Origin: a candidate division FCPU426 bacterium
GTDB taxonomy: Bacteria; Oederibacteriota; Muellerivitia; Muellerivitales; Muellerivitaceae
DNA length: 64,000 bases
NCBI GenBank assembly: GCA_963719085.1
Contig: CAVRAL010000001.1
Coordinates: forward strand, 1,344,001-1,408,000
Reading direction: 5' to 3'
Shown here: in pieces, positions 47,998 through 58,973 of the stretch
Layout: each line of letters begins with the position of its first letter
How positions within the stretch are numbered: position 1 is the stretch's first letter
The notes under the pieces: generated by a model
What the model was told of the DNA's origin: nothing
The model's database searches: none
Seen by the model: only the letters and a program-made list of their open reading frames with translations
Position numbers and translations under genes: made by a program

Positions 47998-50100
47998 TTA
48001 AGACGCGGAGGGCGACTCGGAGGCGTAGACCAGTTTGCGGAAATCGCACAAAACTAAAAGAACCTCGGCGGTTTGTTTGAGCAGGGCCAGGCGGTTGTTG
48101 CGGATCTTGGCGTTTTTGTCCATCACCATTACCTTCTCAAAAAAAGCGTGGATCGGGGCCACCAAGGACTGTAGATGGACGGCCACATCGGCGTAATAAG
48201 AATCCCCTTTTCGGTCGGACTCTTCCACCAGCCGCTGGGCGAACAAGGCTTTCTCAAGCAGGTCTTTTTCCTCGTCCAACTTCAAAAGGGGCTTGGAGAC
48301 TTTCGCCGTGATTTTCTTTTCCGGCAGGATGCGCAAAACCCGTCCCGCGGCCGTGGACAGGTTCTGAAAGTCGGGTTGAAGCTTCAGCTTTTGAACGGCT
48401 TCCGCCTTCGCCACCAGGTCCACCAAAGAATCCGTCTGCGTGGCGACCACGGAGTTGATCACGTCATAAGCCAGCCCCTTGGATTCCAAGACCGCCTGCA
48501 GCCGGCCTTTCAAAAAGTCCACCACTTCTCCCACGGCCCCGAGCTTTGACTTCCCGGCGTATTGCTTTTGCGCGGCCTGCACCAGGTTTTCCAACGAAAC
48601 CGGATATTTGTGTTCCAGGATGATTTGAATGACCCCCAAGGCCTGTCGGCGAAGCGCGAAAGGATCTTGGGATCCGGTGGGAATGAGCCCCGCCTTAAAG
48701 CAGCCCACGATCGTGTCCATTTTGTCCGCCAAGCTTAAAAGCGAGGACTCGGGGGTCGGCGGCAGGCTGTCGCCGGAAAAGCGGGGATAATAATGGTACT
48801 CAATCGCTTTCCCCGCTTCTTCTTTTCCCTGTTGGGCGGCGTAGTAGGCGCCCATGATGCCTTGAAGGCTGTTGAATTCTTTTTCCCGGATAATGTTGGT
48901 GGCCAAATCCGCCTTGCAAAGCAAGGCCCCGGCCTCCGCTCCCTTAATCGTCTCTTTCGAGGCCCCGCAAAGTTCCCCGAACTTTTTGACCAATTTGGAA
49001 AGCCGCAGGGATTTGTCGGCCATGGTCCCCATGCCTTCCAACCAGGTGATTCCCGACAATTTCTCGGCCCAAGCTTCGAGAGGGATCTTTAAATCCTCGG
49101 CCACGAAAAATTTAGCGTCTTCCAGGCGGGCCTTGAGAACCCCTTCGTTGGCCCGGATGACGACTTTCTTTTCCCGGGGCGTGCCGTTGATGACCCCGAT
49201 AAAACAAGGCGAAAGTTTTCCATCGGCGGCGCGGGCGGAGAAGTATTTTTGATGTTCCCGCATGGCCGTCACAATTACCCGATCAGGCAGTTCTAAGTAC
49301 TTGGGGTCGAACGATCCCAGGATCGCTTCCGGCGCCTCAATCAGGTTATTCACGTCGTCCAATAGGTCGGAATCCTCCGAAACCAGCACGCCTTGGGCGG
49401 AAGCCGCTTCCTTCACTTTTTCCCATATCAATTGGCGCCTCTCCTTGGGATCGGCGATCACGCCGCCTTGGCGGAGCACTCCCAAGTAATCGCCCGCCTC
49501 AATCACATCCAAAGGCCCCAGCTTGGCCGCCCTTAAGCCGTAGGTTTCCCGGCTGCTGAAAAGACCCGCGACCTCAAAAGGAACCACGGTCCTGGAAAAA
49601 ACGGCGCAGACCCAGCGGATGGGCCGGGCAAAAAGAAAATCCCCGTTTCCCCAGCGCTGAACCTTGGGGAAACGGATTTTTTTGATCACTTCGGGGAAAA
49701 TTTCAGAAAGGATCTCGGAAGTCAGCCGCCCTCCCGCCTTCTTGATGGCCACCACCACTTCCCCCTTGGGCGTTTGGGCGCGTTTGAGCGACGCCGCGGA
49801 GACGCCTTGGGCCTTGGCGAAACCTTCCCCGGCCCGGGTCGGGAGCCCATGCTCGTCAAAGGCGATGGAGACCAAAGGCCCGGTCACTTCTTTGGATACT
49901 TCTTGCTGCATCTCGGGCAGCCCCTTGAAGAAAAGGGTCAACCGCCGGGGGCTGTAATAGGTCTGGATTTGTTGGCAATGGATCCGGTGTTCTTTTAAAG
50001 CGGCTTGGGCCGCCGCCACCATCTGGTCGATGGCCGGGCGTATATAGGAGGACGGAAGTTCCTCGCAACCGATTTCCAAGACCGCGTCTTTCAAAAGCAT
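47998..50100 (-). CDS. glyS: Glycine--tRNA ligase beta subunit
   Basis: LEIGCEELP, PRRL, FARPIRW, ARLEDAKFF, LQGIMG.YYA, GSQDPFALRR, NNRLALL. Confidence 0.96.
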   Translation of the reverse strand: MLLKDAVLEIGCEELPSSYIRPAIDQMVAAAQAALKEHRIHCQQIQTYYSPRRLTLFFKGLPEMQQEVSKEVTGPLVSIAFDEHGLPTRAGEGFAKAQGVSAASLKRAQTPKGEVVVAIKKAGGRLTSEILSEIFPEVIKKIRFPKVQRWGNGDFLFARPIRWVCAVFSRTVVPFEVAGLFSSRETYGLRAAKLGPLDVIEAGDYLGVLRQGGVIADPKERRQLIWEKVKEAASAQGVLVSEDSDLLDDVNNLIEAPEAILGSFDPKYLELPDRVIVTAMREHQKYFSARAADGKLSPCFIGVINGTPREKKVVIRANEGVLKARLEDAKFFVAEDLKIPLEAWAEKLSGITWLEGMGTMADKSLRLSKLVKKFGELCGASKETIKGAEAGALLCKADLATNIIREKEFNSLQGIMGAYYAAQQGKEEAGKAIEYHYYPRFSGDSLPPTPESSLLSLADKMDTIVGCFKAGLIPTGSQDPFALRRQALGVIQIILEHKYPVSLENLVQAAQKQYAGKSKLGAVGEVVDFLKGRLQAVLESKGLAYDVINSVVATQTDSLVDLVAKAEAVQKLKLQPDFQNLSTAAGRVLRILPEKKITAKVSKPLLKLDEEKDLLEKALFAQRLVEESDRKGDSYYADVAVHLQSLVAPIHAFFEKVMVMDKNAKIRNNRLALLKQTAEVLLVLCDFRKLVYASESPSAS

Positions 50101-50106
50101 GGCGCC

Positions 50107-50988
50107 TTATCCTTTTTTCAGCAGAGGAAAACCAAGTTCCTCGCGTTCCTTGACGTAAGCCACGGCGACCGCTTTGGCCATGCCCCGGACCCGGGCGATG
50201 AAGTTCGTACGCTCGGCCACCGAAATGGCGCCCCGGGCGTCAAGCAGGTTGAAGGTGTGGGACGCCTTAATGACGTAATCGTAGGCGGGCTCCACCAAGC
50301 GAAGCTCCAAAAGCCGCCGGACTTCGCCTTCGTAATCCTTAAAGTGGCGGAGCAGCATCTTGATATTGGCGTGCTCAAAGTTAAAAGCCGAAAAGGCCTT
50401 TTCCGACGGATGGAAAATGTCGCGGTAGGTGATGTTTTTGCCGCCATAGTGAAGGTCCCAAACGCTGTCCACCCCTTGCACCACGGTGGCGATGCGCTCA
50501 AGCCCGAAGGTGATCTCGCCGGAGACGGGTTTGAGCTCAAGTCCGCCGGTGGTTTGAAAAAAAGTAAACTGGGTGATTTCAATGCCGTCCATCCAGACCT
50601 GCCAGCCCAACCCCGAGGCGCCCAAGGTGGGTGATTCCCAATCGTCTTCCACGAACCGGATGTCATGCTCATCTTGGCGGATGCCGATCTGTTCCAAACT
50701 TTCCAAATAAAGCTCGACCATATTTTCAGGAGAAGGTTTCAGGATGATTTGATATTGGTAATAGTGCTGCATCCGATTGGGATTCTCACCGTACCGGCCG
50801 TCCTTGGGACGGCGGCAAGGATCCACATAAGCCACTTGGTAAGGCTCAGGCCCTAAAACCCTAAAAAAGGTCGCCGGATTAAAGGTGCCCGCTCCCTTCT
50901 CCAAGTCATAAGGCTGTTGGATGACGCAACCCTGCCGGCTCCAAAAGTCGTTCAGGGTCATAATGAGTTCTTGAAACGAAAGCGGCAT
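50107..50988 (-). CDS. glyQ: Glycine--tRNA ligase alpha subunit
   Basis: [48 protein letters not shown]. Confidence 0.97.
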   Translation of the reverse strand: MPLSFQELIMTLNDFWSRQGCVIQQPYDLEKGAGTFNPATFFRVLGPEPYQVAYVDPCRRPKDGRYGENPNRMQHYYQYQIILKPSPENMVELYLESLEQIGIRQDEHDIRFVEDDWESPTLGASGLGWQVWMDGIEITQFTFFQTTGGLELKPVSGEITFGLERIATVVQGVDSVWDLHYGGKNITYRDIFHPSEKAFSAFNFEHANIKMLLRHFKDYEGEVRRLLELRLVEPAYDYVIKASHTFNLLDARGAISVAERTNFIARVRGMAKAVAVAYVKEREELGFPLLKKG

Positions 50989-51145
50989 AAAGCCTCGGTG
51001 CTTAAAGGTAAAAAAACAGGAACAGCTTGAAAAATAAGGGATTTAGACTGGATGCGCAAGCTAAAAACCCTGTTCGAAGGGTTTCGGGCGGCAAAAGAGA
51101 ACGATTTTTAAGTTTTAGAAGCTAGGCGAGAGGCGATTTACCCGT

Positions 51146-51589
51146 TTAACGCAAGGAGAGGGATAAAAAAGCGAATTCCAGGAACAAAAGCCCCAAGATC
51201 AAAATGGATCCCAAGACGAGCCAGCCCCACCCATCGGTCGGAACCGCGGCGATCCGGGGATGATCAACGGGCCAAACCCTCACTCCATCCCCTTTTTGGG
51301 GCGCCCAATGGCCGGGCCATTGGGGGTAAAGAACGTAAATTTTTTCTATTTTTTTCTTATCCGCCGTAACAGTCAACTGATAAAGGCCGCCTCGGGAAAA
51401 AGTCATCGCGCGGCTTGAGCAAACCGCTTTCGCCTCGACCACTTGGGCGTCGATCCCGTTCAAATCGGCTAAACCGGATAGCGTGGAATAAGAAAGGGCC
51501 AAAACCGAGAGACCGAAAAAAATCAAAGCCAGAACCAAGCCTAACAATTTAAGCCTGGTCCAACGAATCCAGGAAGGTTCAAAGGTCAT
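51146..51589 (-). CDS. Hypothetical membrane protein (two terminal TM helices)
   Basis: Hydrophobic N- and C-terminal segments; fills an otherwise empty interval. Confidence 0.6.
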   Translation of the reverse strand: MTFEPSWIRWTRLKLLGLVLALIFFGLSVLALSYSTLSGLADLNGIDAQVVEAKAVCSSRAMTFSRGGLYQLTVTADKKKIEKIYVLYPQWPGHWAPQKGDGVRVWPVDHPRIAAVPTDGWGWLVLGSILILGLLFLEFAFLSLSLR

Positions 51590-51829
51590 AAGGAGTCCGG
51601 GAAATAAGATTTATTAAATTCAAACGGAACCGAGCATTTAGCAAAGCAAGACCTGTTGAAACATGGACAGAGGCTGATAAGGCCCGATTTTTGCATTTCA
51701 AACATCAATCTTCATCGGAATTTATCATTGTTTCAAAAGACGGGCCTCGCCTGCTTTGTCAAAGGTATTGTTCCGAATTCAAATAACGGCAAGACATTCT
51801 AACTGCTCAAACCCGCCAACAGAAACTAT

Positions 51830-52399
51830 TTACATCATACCCAGTTGAAGACGGGCGGCTTCGGTCATCAGGCTTTGGTTCCAAGGCGGGTCAAAAGTCA
51901 CGTCCACAAAAGCCTCGGACACACCCGGTATTTGGCCCAATTTTTCCTCAATCTCATTTTTCAGGACCGTGGACATCCCGCAGCCCGGGGCCGTTAAGGT
52001 CATCACCACTTCCACCCGGCGCCCGCCCCGCTCCGCGGGCCTGATTTGACAGCCGTAAATAAGACCCAATTCCACGATATTCACGGGAATCTCGGGGTCA
52101 TAACAGGTCTTGAGAGTGCTCCAAACGCTTTTTTCAAGTTCCACGTCATCGATGGGCTGATTCGCGTCATAGTTGATTTTAAAAACGCCGCCGGCTTCCG
52201 GAACCGGTTTTCCCAGAGCGTCGGCGTTTTTGCCTTCCACCCGCACCAATTGCCCGTTGTCCCTTTGCACGGTGAAACTGCCGCCCAAAGTTTGGGTCAA
52301 ATAGACTTTTTCGTCTTTATAGAGCTGCGTCTTGGTCCCGGCCGGAATGGCGGTTCCCTCGGTGTCCCTAAATAGCGTGATCAGTTCTTCAGCCACCAT
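51830..52399 (-). CDS. sufT: Fe-S cluster assembly protein SufT (DUF59 domain)
   Basis: TQTLGGSFTV, CYDPEIPVNIVELGLIY, MTLTAPGCGM, FDPPW. Confidence 0.93.
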   Translation of the reverse strand: MVAEELITLFRDTEGTAIPAGTKTQLYKDEKVYLTQTLGGSFTVQRDNGQLVRVEGKNADALGKPVPEAGGVFKINYDANQPIDDVELEKSVWSTLKTCYDPEIPVNIVELGLIYGCQIRPAERGGRRVEVVMTLTAPGCGMSTVLKNEIEEKLGQIPGVSEAFVDVTFDPPWNQSLMTEAARLQLGMM

Positions 52400-52863
52400 T
52401 AAGCTTCCTCCTCGTCGCTGGAAACGACCTTTTGGTCGTCATGAAGCGCGGCTTCCAGCGTATGCCAGGCTAAGCTGGCGCATTTGACCCGGGCCGGATA
52501 ATCCCGCACGCCGGCGAAAACTTTCAGTTTGCCCAAAACCTCGCCCGACTCGGGCGCGCTTTTACCTGTCACCAAATCATGGAACTGATGGAAGAGGATT
52601 TCCGCCTCGTCGATTTTTTTGCCCTTGAGGGCGGCCGTCATCATGGAGGCGGAGGCTTTGGAAATGGCGCAGCCGCTTCCTTTAAACTTCAGGTCCTCAA
52701 TCACGCCCGACGCGTCGGTTTTCAAATCGAGTGAGATCTTGTCGCCGCAAAGGGCGTTAAAGCCTTCGGCGTGGTGATTGGCGCCTTCCAGCTGCCCGAA
52801 ATTTCTCGGGTTCTTCTGGTGGTCCAGGATCAATTCTTGATAAAGCTCGCTTAAATCGGACAT
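52399..52863 (-). CDS. sufU: SUF system NifU-family protein SufU
   Basis: LYQELILDH.KNPRN, NALCGD, GSGCAISKASASMM, RVKCASLAWH. Confidence 0.95.
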   Translation of the reverse strand: MSDLSELYQELILDHQKNPRNFGQLEGANHHAEGFNALCGDKISLDLKTDASGVIEDLKFKGSGCAISKASASMMTAALKGKKIDEAEILFHQFHDLVTGKSAPESGEVLGKLKVFAGVRDYPARVKCASLAWHTLEAALHDDQKVVSSDEEEA

Positions 52864-54116
52864 TAGCGGAATACCTCCAAAACATGCCGGATCGCCGAAT
52901 CGAGCGCGTCCACTTCGGCGCGGGTATTATAAAGCCCGAAAGAAGCCCGGGCGGTGGCCGGGATATCAAACCGTTCCATCACCGGCTGGGCGCAATGGTG
53001 GCCCGCCCGGATCGCGACTCCCCGCCGATCCAAAATAGTGCCGATATCATGGGGATGAATGTCCCCCAACACAAAAGACAAAACCCCGGCTTTTTTCTTC
53101 GCCGTTCCGATCAACCGCAATCCCGGAATTTGGGATAGCTTTTGGGTTCCATAAACTAAGAGTTCATGCTCATGAGCCGCGATCGCCGCAAGGCCCACTT
53201 CACTCACGTAATCCAAGGCCGCCGTCAAGGCCACCACACCCGCGATATTAGGCGTTCCGGCCTCGAATTTGTAGGGCGGCTTCTTGTAAATCGTCTTTTC
53301 GAAGGTGACCGAGGAAATCATGTCGCCGCCGCCCTGGTAGGGCGGCATGGCCGAAAGGTGCTTGAGTTTGCCGTACAACACGCCCACGCCCGTGGGTCCG
53401 TAAATTTTATGCGCCGAAAAAACGTAAAAGTCGCAATCGAGTTTTTGGACATCCACGCTCAGGTGCGGAATAGCCTGCGCCCCGTCCACCAAAACCGGCA
53501 CGCCCTTTTCATGGGCCAAGCGGATGATTTCCTCAATGGGGGTGATCGTGCCCAAGGCGTTGGAAACATGGGTGATGGCCACCAGTTTGGTCTTGGCCGA
53601 CAAAAGCTTTTTAAACTCATCCATCAAAAGCTCGCCCGCGTCGCTGATGGGCACAACCCGCAAACGGGCCCCTTTTTCCTCAGCCAACATCTGCCAGGGC
53701 ACGATATTGGAATGATGCTCCATGGCCGAAATAAGAATCTCGTCGCCGGAGCCGATATTTTGGCGGCCATAGGTTTGGGCCACCAAATTCACGCCTTCCG
53801 TGGCGCCCCGGGTAAAGATAATTTCCTGGACGCTGGGGGCGTTTAAAAAAACCCGGGCGCGGACCCGGGCCGCCTCATAATCTTTGGTGGCCCGCTCGCT
53901 GAGCAAATGAACGCCCCGATGGATGTTGGAATTATCCTCTTGGTAAAACTTGTCCGTGGCTTGAATGACGGACAAAGGCTTATGGGTCGTGGCGGCGTTA
54001 TCCAGATAGACCAAGGGATGCCCATGGATTTGCTGTTGAAGAATGGGGAAATCTTTCCGGTAGCGTTCCACATCATAGGCTACCGCCGCGCGCGGAGTTT
54101 GCGTTTTCGGGTTCAT
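52863..54116 (-). CDS. sufS: Cysteine desulfurase SufS
   Basis: YLDNAATT, EHHSNIVPWQ, SAHKIYGPTG, RAGHHCAQP. Confidence 0.97.
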   Translation of the reverse strand: MNPKTQTPRAAVAYDVERYRKDFPILQQQIHGHPLVYLDNAATTHKPLSVIQATDKFYQEDNSNIHRGVHLLSERATKDYEAARVRARVFLNAPSVQEIIFTRGATEGVNLVAQTYGRQNIGSGDEILISAMEHHSNIVPWQMLAEEKGARLRVVPISDAGELLMDEFKKLLSAKTKLVAITHVSNALGTITPIEEIIRLAHEKGVPVLVDGAQAIPHLSVDVQKLDCDFYVFSAHKIYGPTGVGVLYGKLKHLSAMPPYQGGGDMISSVTFEKTIYKKPPYKFEAGTPNIAGVVALTAALDYVSEVGLAAIAAHEHELLVYGTQKLSQIPGLRLIGTAKKKAGVLSFVLGDIHPHDIGTILDRRGVAIRAGHHCAQPVMERFDIPATARASFGLYNTRAEVDALDSAIRHVLEVFR

Positions 54117-54117
54117 G

Positions 54118-55425
54118 TTAAGCTCCCGCGCCTTTCCGGAGCCATTGCTGAAAAGCTTTTTCCAGCGGCTCCCGAAGGCTCTTAGGTTCCACCCGGTCCA
54201 CCAACTCCCCGGCGAAAGCCGAGACCAAAAGATGGCGGGCCTCCTCTTTTCCGATACCGCGGGCCCTTAAATAAAAAAGGGCTTCCTCATCGAGTTGGCC
54301 CGTGGCCGATCCATGGGAGCATTTCACATCGTCCGCGTAAATTTGAAGTTGGGGTTTGGAATAGATCTTCGCGGTTTTCGAGAGTAAAAGGTTTTTATTG
54401 CTTTGGCGGGCGTCGGTCTTTTGGGCGTTTTCCCGCACCAAAACCCTTCCGTCAAAAACACCGGTGGCCTCATCTTCCAGAACCCCCTTGTAGGTTTCCT
54501 GGCACGAGCCATTCGGCGAGGCATGGTCAATGAAAGTCTGGTTATCCACATGGTGGTGATGGCGGGCCATAAAAAGGCCGTCCAGAACCGCTTCCGCCCG
54601 TCGGTCCGCGAGCAGGGTCTCGGTTTCGTTGCGGACCAGTTTTCCCCCGAAGGAAAAAACCCGGGACGTGAAATGACTGCCCGATTCCTGGCGGACTTCG
54701 ACCGTCCCCAAATGGACGTTTTTTTCGGACTCATTTTGAATTTTCACGTGGGAAAGTTTGGCGCCGGGGGCGAGTTTAATTTCAGTGACCGAGCTGGACA
54801 AGGAAGCCCCGGTCGATTCTTCCAGGAAATGTTCCACCACCGAGATTTGGCTGTTGGCGCCCAGCGCCACCAAATTGCGGACGCAGGAAGCTTGGGCTAA
54901 GACGGAAACAAAAACCGCGTGAACGGCTTGAGAAATCACCTGATTTTCAGCCACGAAGACAAAGAGCCCGTCTTGAAAAGAAGCCAGGTTGAGCGCGCCG
55001 AAGGCGTCCGAGTCCAGGGGCGCGATTTTCCCCAAGACCGCCTCCACTTGCGGATCGGAGAATTTCGCCGCTAAATTCCCGATTTGAACGCCCGCTTCCA
55101 ATGGTTTGAGCGAGGATTGTTCGGGTGAATAGACCCCATCGATAAAAACCAGCCAGATGTCTTTTTCAACGTCATAACCCGAGGATTTCAGCTTCGAAAG
55201 GATCTTGGACTTTACCGGGCCCGGCGCTTCCCTTTTAAGATCCGCGGTCAAATAAAGGGAAAGGTCGGTATATTTCCATCTCTCATTTTTAGGCGTGGGA
55301 AAACCCGTCTTCTGAAAATGAGCAAACGCCTTCTCCCGCAAAGCCGAAAGCCAAGTGGCGCCCCCGGAAACGGGGGCCGGTTTGAAGACCGAAAGGTAGT
55401 TTTCTTGAATCCGGGTGAAATCCAT
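54118..55425 (-). CDS. sufD: Fe-S cluster assembly protein SufD
   Basis: ERWKYT, KPQLQIYADDVKCSHG, LFYLRARGI. Confidence 0.95.
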   Translation of the reverse strand: MDFTRIQENYLSVFKPAPVSGGATWLSALREKAFAHFQKTGFPTPKNERWKYTDLSLYLTADLKREAPGPVKSKILSKLKSSGYDVEKDIWLVFIDGVYSPEQSSLKPLEAGVQIGNLAAKFSDPQVEAVLGKIAPLDSDAFGALNLASFQDGLFVFVAENQVISQAVHAVFVSVLAQASCVRNLVALGANSQISVVEHFLEESTGASLSSSVTEIKLAPGAKLSHVKIQNESEKNVHLGTVEVRQESGSHFTSRVFSFGGKLVRNETETLLADRRAEAVLDGLFMARHHHHVDNQTFIDHASPNGSCQETYKGVLEDEATGVFDGRVLVRENAQKTDARQSNKNLLLSKTAKIYSKPQLQIYADDVKCSHGSATGQLDEEALFYLRARGIGKEEARHLLVSAFAGELVDRVEPKSLREPLEKAFQQWLRKGAGA

Positions 55426-56189
55426 TATCGTTTCACTTCACTTTTCAGGCCGTCCACGATCCAACCGTAGCCCTTCCCTTCCAACTCACGGGCCAGTTCT
55501 TTGCCGCCCGACTTGACGATGCGGCCATTGGCCAATACATGGACATGGTCGGGAACGATATAATCCAAAAGCCGCTGGTAATGGGTCACTAAAAGAACCG
55601 CCCGGTCCTTTCGCTTAAAGGCGTTCACGCCGTCGGCCACCACTTTCAAGGCGTCGATATCCAATCCCGAATCGGTCTCGTCCAGAATCGCCAGTTTGGG
55701 TTCCAGGACCGCCAACTGCAAAATCTCATTTTTCTTTTTCTCGCCGCCGGAAAAACCCTCGTTGACCGACCGGGTGAGCATGCTTTCGTCCATCTTCAAT
55801 TCTTTTAGTTTGGCCTTCACGATTTCCAAAAAGTCGAGGGCATCCAGTTCTTCCAAGCCCTTGGACTTGCGCACCGCGTTGACCGCGGCCTTCAGGAAAT
55901 AAGTGTTGTTGACGCCCGGGATTTCCACCGGGTATTGGAAGGCCAAAAAAACGCCCAACCGGGCCCGTTCTTCGGCCGGAAGCTCCAGCAGATTTTTACC
56001 CTCGAACAAGGCTTCTCCGCCCGTCACCGTGTAGTCTTCCCGGCCCGCCAAAACATTGGCCAAGGTGCTTTTGCCCGACCCATTGGGCCCCATGATGGCG
56101 TGCACTTCGCCCGGATTCAGGGTTAAATTGATCCCATTAAGAATCTGTTTGTCTTCCGCTTTGGCCGTCAGGCCCTTGATCACCAGCAT
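55425..56189 (-). CDS. sufC: Fe-S cluster assembly ATPase SufC
   Basis: GPNGSGKST, FQYPVEIPGV, FSGGEKK, LDETDSGLDIDAL, THYQRLL. Confidence 0.97.
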   Translation of the reverse strand: MLVIKGLTAKAEDKQILNGINLTLNPGEVHAIMGPNGSGKSTLANVLAGREDYTVTGGEALFEGKNLLELPAEERARLGVFLAFQYPVEIPGVNNTYFLKAAVNAVRKSKGLEELDALDFLEIVKAKLKELKMDESMLTRSVNEGFSGGEKKKNEILQLAVLEPKLAILDETDSGLDIDALKVVADGVNAFKRKDRAVLLVTHYQRLLDYIVPDHVHVLANGRIVKSGGKELARELEGKGYGWIVDGLKSEVKR

Positions 56190-56211
56190 TTAACTCTCCC
56201 GACAAGTTTTG

Positions 56212-57657
56212 TTATCCTACACTGCCTTCCAAACTCACGCTTAAAAGCTTCTGGGCCTCCACGGCGAATTCCATCGGCAGTTTTTTAAAGACTTCCTTGC
56301 AAAAACCATTCACGATCAAGCCCACCGCGTCCTCGGTGGAAAGTCCCCGCTGGCGGCAATAAAAGATCTGGTCCTCGCCGATTTTGGAGGTGGACGCCTC
56401 ATGTTCGACCCGCGCGGTGTCGTTTTTCACTTCGATATAGGGGATCGTATGGGCGCCGCACTCGCCGCTCATTAAAAGCGAGTCGCACTGGGTGTAATTT
56501 TTGGCGCCCTCGGCTCCCGGCTGGATCCGGACCAACCCCCGGTAGGTGTTTTGGCCATGTCCGGCCGAAATCCCCTTGGAAATAATGGTGCTGGTGGTGT
56601 TTTTTCCCACATGGATCATTTTGGTGCCCGTGTCGGCCTGCTGGTAGTTATTGGCCACCGCCACGGAATAAAACTCGCCCACCGAGTTATCCCCCTGCAA
56701 AATACAGCTGGGATATTTCCAGGTAATGGACGATCCCGTCTCCACCTGGGTCCAGGAAATTTTCGAGCGCACTCCCCGACAGGCGCCGCGCTTGGTCACG
56801 AAGTTATAAACCCCGCCCTTGCCGTCTTTATCGCCCGGATACCAATTTTGCACCGTGGAATATTTGATCTCGGCGTTGTCCAAGGCCACTAATTCCACCA
56901 CGGCGGCGTGAAGCTGATTCTCGTCGCGCATGGGGGCGGTGCAGCCTTCCAGGTAACTGACGTGGCTGCCCGCGTCGGCGATCAGAAGCGTACGCTCGAA
57001 CTGGCCGGTCTTGGCCGCGTTGATGCGGAAATAAGTGGAAAGTTCCATCGGACAACGCACGCCCTTGGGGATGTAGCAAAAGGAACCGTCCGTAAAGACC
57101 GCGCTGTTGAGGGCCGCGTAAAAGTTGTCGTTATAAGGAACCACCGAACCCAGGTATTTTTGCACCAAGTCCGGATGCTCCTGTACCGCCTCGGAAAAAG
57201 AGCAAAAGATGACGCCCATTTCCGCCAGCTTCGCCCGGAAAGTCGTCCCGACCGACACGCTGTCAAAAACCGCGTCCACCGCGATGCCGGCCAAAGCTTC
57301 CCGCTCCTGCATGGGCACGCCCAGCTTCTCAAAGGTTTTGAGGATCTCGGGATCGACCTCGGCTAAACTTTTGGGCCCCGCCTTGGGCGCCGAGTAATAA
57401 ATGATGTCCTGGTAATTGATCTTGGGATAATGGACATTCTGCCAGGTCGGCTCTTTCATCTTCAGCCAAAACCGGAAACTTTTCAGGCGCCATTCCAAAA
57501 GGAACGCGGGCTCTTTTTTTTTGGCCGAGATAAAACGAATGATGTCCTCATTCAAGCCCGGCGGGGCCGAGTCGGCCTCCACATCGGTCACGAAACCGTA
57601 TTTATAGTCTTCGGCGACAACTTGTTCGATGGGTTGTTCCTGCGCCTTCGGCTTCAT
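56212..57657 (-). CDS. sufB: Fe-S cluster assembly protein SufB
   Basis: [49 protein letters not shown]. Confidence 0.97.
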   Translation of the reverse strand: MKPKAQEQPIEQVVAEDYKYGFVTDVEADSAPPGLNEDIIRFISAKKKEPAFLLEWRLKSFRFWLKMKEPTWQNVHYPKINYQDIIYYSAPKAGPKSLAEVDPEILKTFEKLGVPMQEREALAGIAVDAVFDSVSVGTTFRAKLAEMGVIFCSFSEAVQEHPDLVQKYLGSVVPYNDNFYAALNSAVFTDGSFCYIPKGVRCPMELSTYFRINAAKTGQFERTLLIADAGSHVSYLEGCTAPMRDENQLHAAVVELVALDNAEIKYSTVQNWYPGDKDGKGGVYNFVTKRGACRGVRSKISWTQVETGSSITWKYPSCILQGDNSVGEFYSVAVANNYQQADTGTKMIHVGKNTTSTIISKGISAGHGQNTYRGLVRIQPGAEGAKNYTQCDSLLMSGECGAHTIPYIEVKNDTARVEHEASTSKIGEDQIFYCRQRGLSTEDAVGLIVNGFCKEVFKKLPMEFAVEAQKLLSVSLEGSVG

Positions 57658-58145
57658 GCGCGCTCCTTAAGCTCGTGCCGCTTTTGATCCCCCAAAACGG
57701 GGGTTTGAATCCACTTTTCCATTTGAGGCTCGGTCGCCACCAGGTCCGACAACTTACTTTTCGTCAAATAACCGGAAATGACCCGCTCCAACCCGCTCCA
57801 AAGGGAACGGATGGAGCAATCCACCGAATGCACGCAGGTCTCATGTTGGCCCGGAAACTTGCTGCAAGATTCTTCCCGGGAGTAAAACTTGCCGCCCAGG
57901 GCTTCCAAAACCTCATTCACGCTGATCTCGTTGGCCGGCCGGGTTAACTGGTATCCGCCGCTTTGGCCCCGAATGCTGCGCACCAATTTCGCTTTTCGAA
58001 GAATGGCCATGAGTTTCCCCACATAAGCGGGGGTGAGGGCTTCCCTTTCGGCCAGTTCCACGATCGTGAGGGTGCCGGTATGGCCTTTTCGGGCCATTTG
58101 GAGCATGCACCTTAAACCATATTCATCCACTGATGAAAACTTCAT
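57654..58145 (-). CDS. Rrf2 family transcriptional regulator heading the suf operon
   Basis: EYGLRC, S.RG..GGY.L, three C-terminal Cys (C-x9-C-x5-C). Confidence 0.93.
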   Translation of the reverse strand: MKFSSVDEYGLRCMLQMARKGHTGTLTIVELAEREALTPAYVGKLMAILRKAKLVRSIRGQSGGYQLTRPANEISVNEVLEALGGKFYSREESCSKFPGQHETCVHSVDCSIRSLWSGLERVISGYLTKSKLSDLVATEPQMEKWIQTPVLGDQKRHELKERA

Positions 58146-58172
58146 AAAAGAAGCCCTTTTAAAGCCAATTGG

Positions 58173-58188
58173 AAGGACATAAGTCCTT
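58173..58188. promoter_or_regulatory. Palindrome, candidate Rrf2 operator
   Basis: AAGGAC-ATAA-GTCCTT about 30 bp upstream of the Rrf2 start. Confidence 0.45.
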
Positions 58189-58291
58189 TTGTCTAATTTC
58201 GCGAATCTCTACGAAAAAGTCAAGTATATGAATCTTTTTGTGAGATTCAATCAAAATAGGGTCCTTTGCCCGAAACTCATCACCCTTGATT

Positions 58292-58489
58292 TCAGGAGGC
58301 GGGATAAGCCGGGTGTAAATGAAGGAAGGTTCGAATCCAGGCCTGCAGATGCGGGGGAAGGTTTAAAAGAAAAAGATCACCCAAAAACCGGATCACAAAT
58401 AGGCTTTGATGCCAATAAAGACCGGCGAAAATCAAAAAAGCCGCTCCAAAACCGATCAACAACATCTTGCCGCTATCGCCGTAATACAT
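58292..58489 (-). CDS. Small hypothetical membrane protein
   Basis: One hydrophobic helix; overlaps the gntK stop; weak support. Confidence 0.4.
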   Translation of the reverse strand: MYYGDSGKMLLIGFGAAFLIFAGLYWHQSLFVIRFLGDLFLLNLPPHLQAWIRTFLHLHPAYPAS

Positions 58490-58973
58490 TGGTTTCCTTA
58501 AGGTGGATCATCAAACCCGACACAATTGTATCAGTATCCGCCGAAACATCCACCACCCAAGCGTCCGACGGCTCTTCCAAATCCTTGTACTGGCTGTCCA
58601 GGAGCCCGGCGTCAAAAAAGTGGTTTTTCCTTTGGGCCAACCGGGCCGCGATCAAGTCCCGGCTTCCCCTCAAATAAATCCAGGAAACCTCCGCGTCTTT
58701 TTCCAAAAAAGTCCGGTAGGTTTGTTTAAGCGCCGAGCACGCCAACACCGTGAGCGGGGCCACGGCGTTCCATTGGGCTATCCGGGCGGATAAAGCTTGA
58801 AGCCAACCCTCCCGGTCCGCGTCGGTTAAGGCCGCCCCTTGGGCCATTTTGGACCGATTGGCCCCGGAATGAAAATCGTCCGCGTCAAAAAATGGAACCC
58901 CCAGCCGCGCCGCTAAGGCCCGCCCGACCGTGGTCTTCCCGCTTCCCGCGACGCCCATTAAGATTAAAATCAC
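58473..58973 (-). CDS. gntK: Gluconokinase (GntK/IdnK type)
   Basis: MGVAGSGKTTVG, DADDFH, LTDADR..WL, LACSALK..YR, LLDSQ...LEEP. Confidence 0.92.
   Translation of the reverse strand: MILILMGVAGSGKTTVGRALAARLGVPFFDADDFHSGANRSKMAQGAALTDADREGWLQALSARIAQWNAVAPLTVLACSALKQTYRTFLEKDAEVSWIYLRGSRDLIAARLAQRKNHFFDAGLLDSQYKDLEEPSDAWVVDVSADTDTIVSGLMIHLKETNVLRR

Noticed and set aside
50989..51145. T-box riboswitches ahead of glyQ (also trpS, tyrS)
   Set aside because: No T-box consensus or terminator/antiterminator visible and the leaders are short
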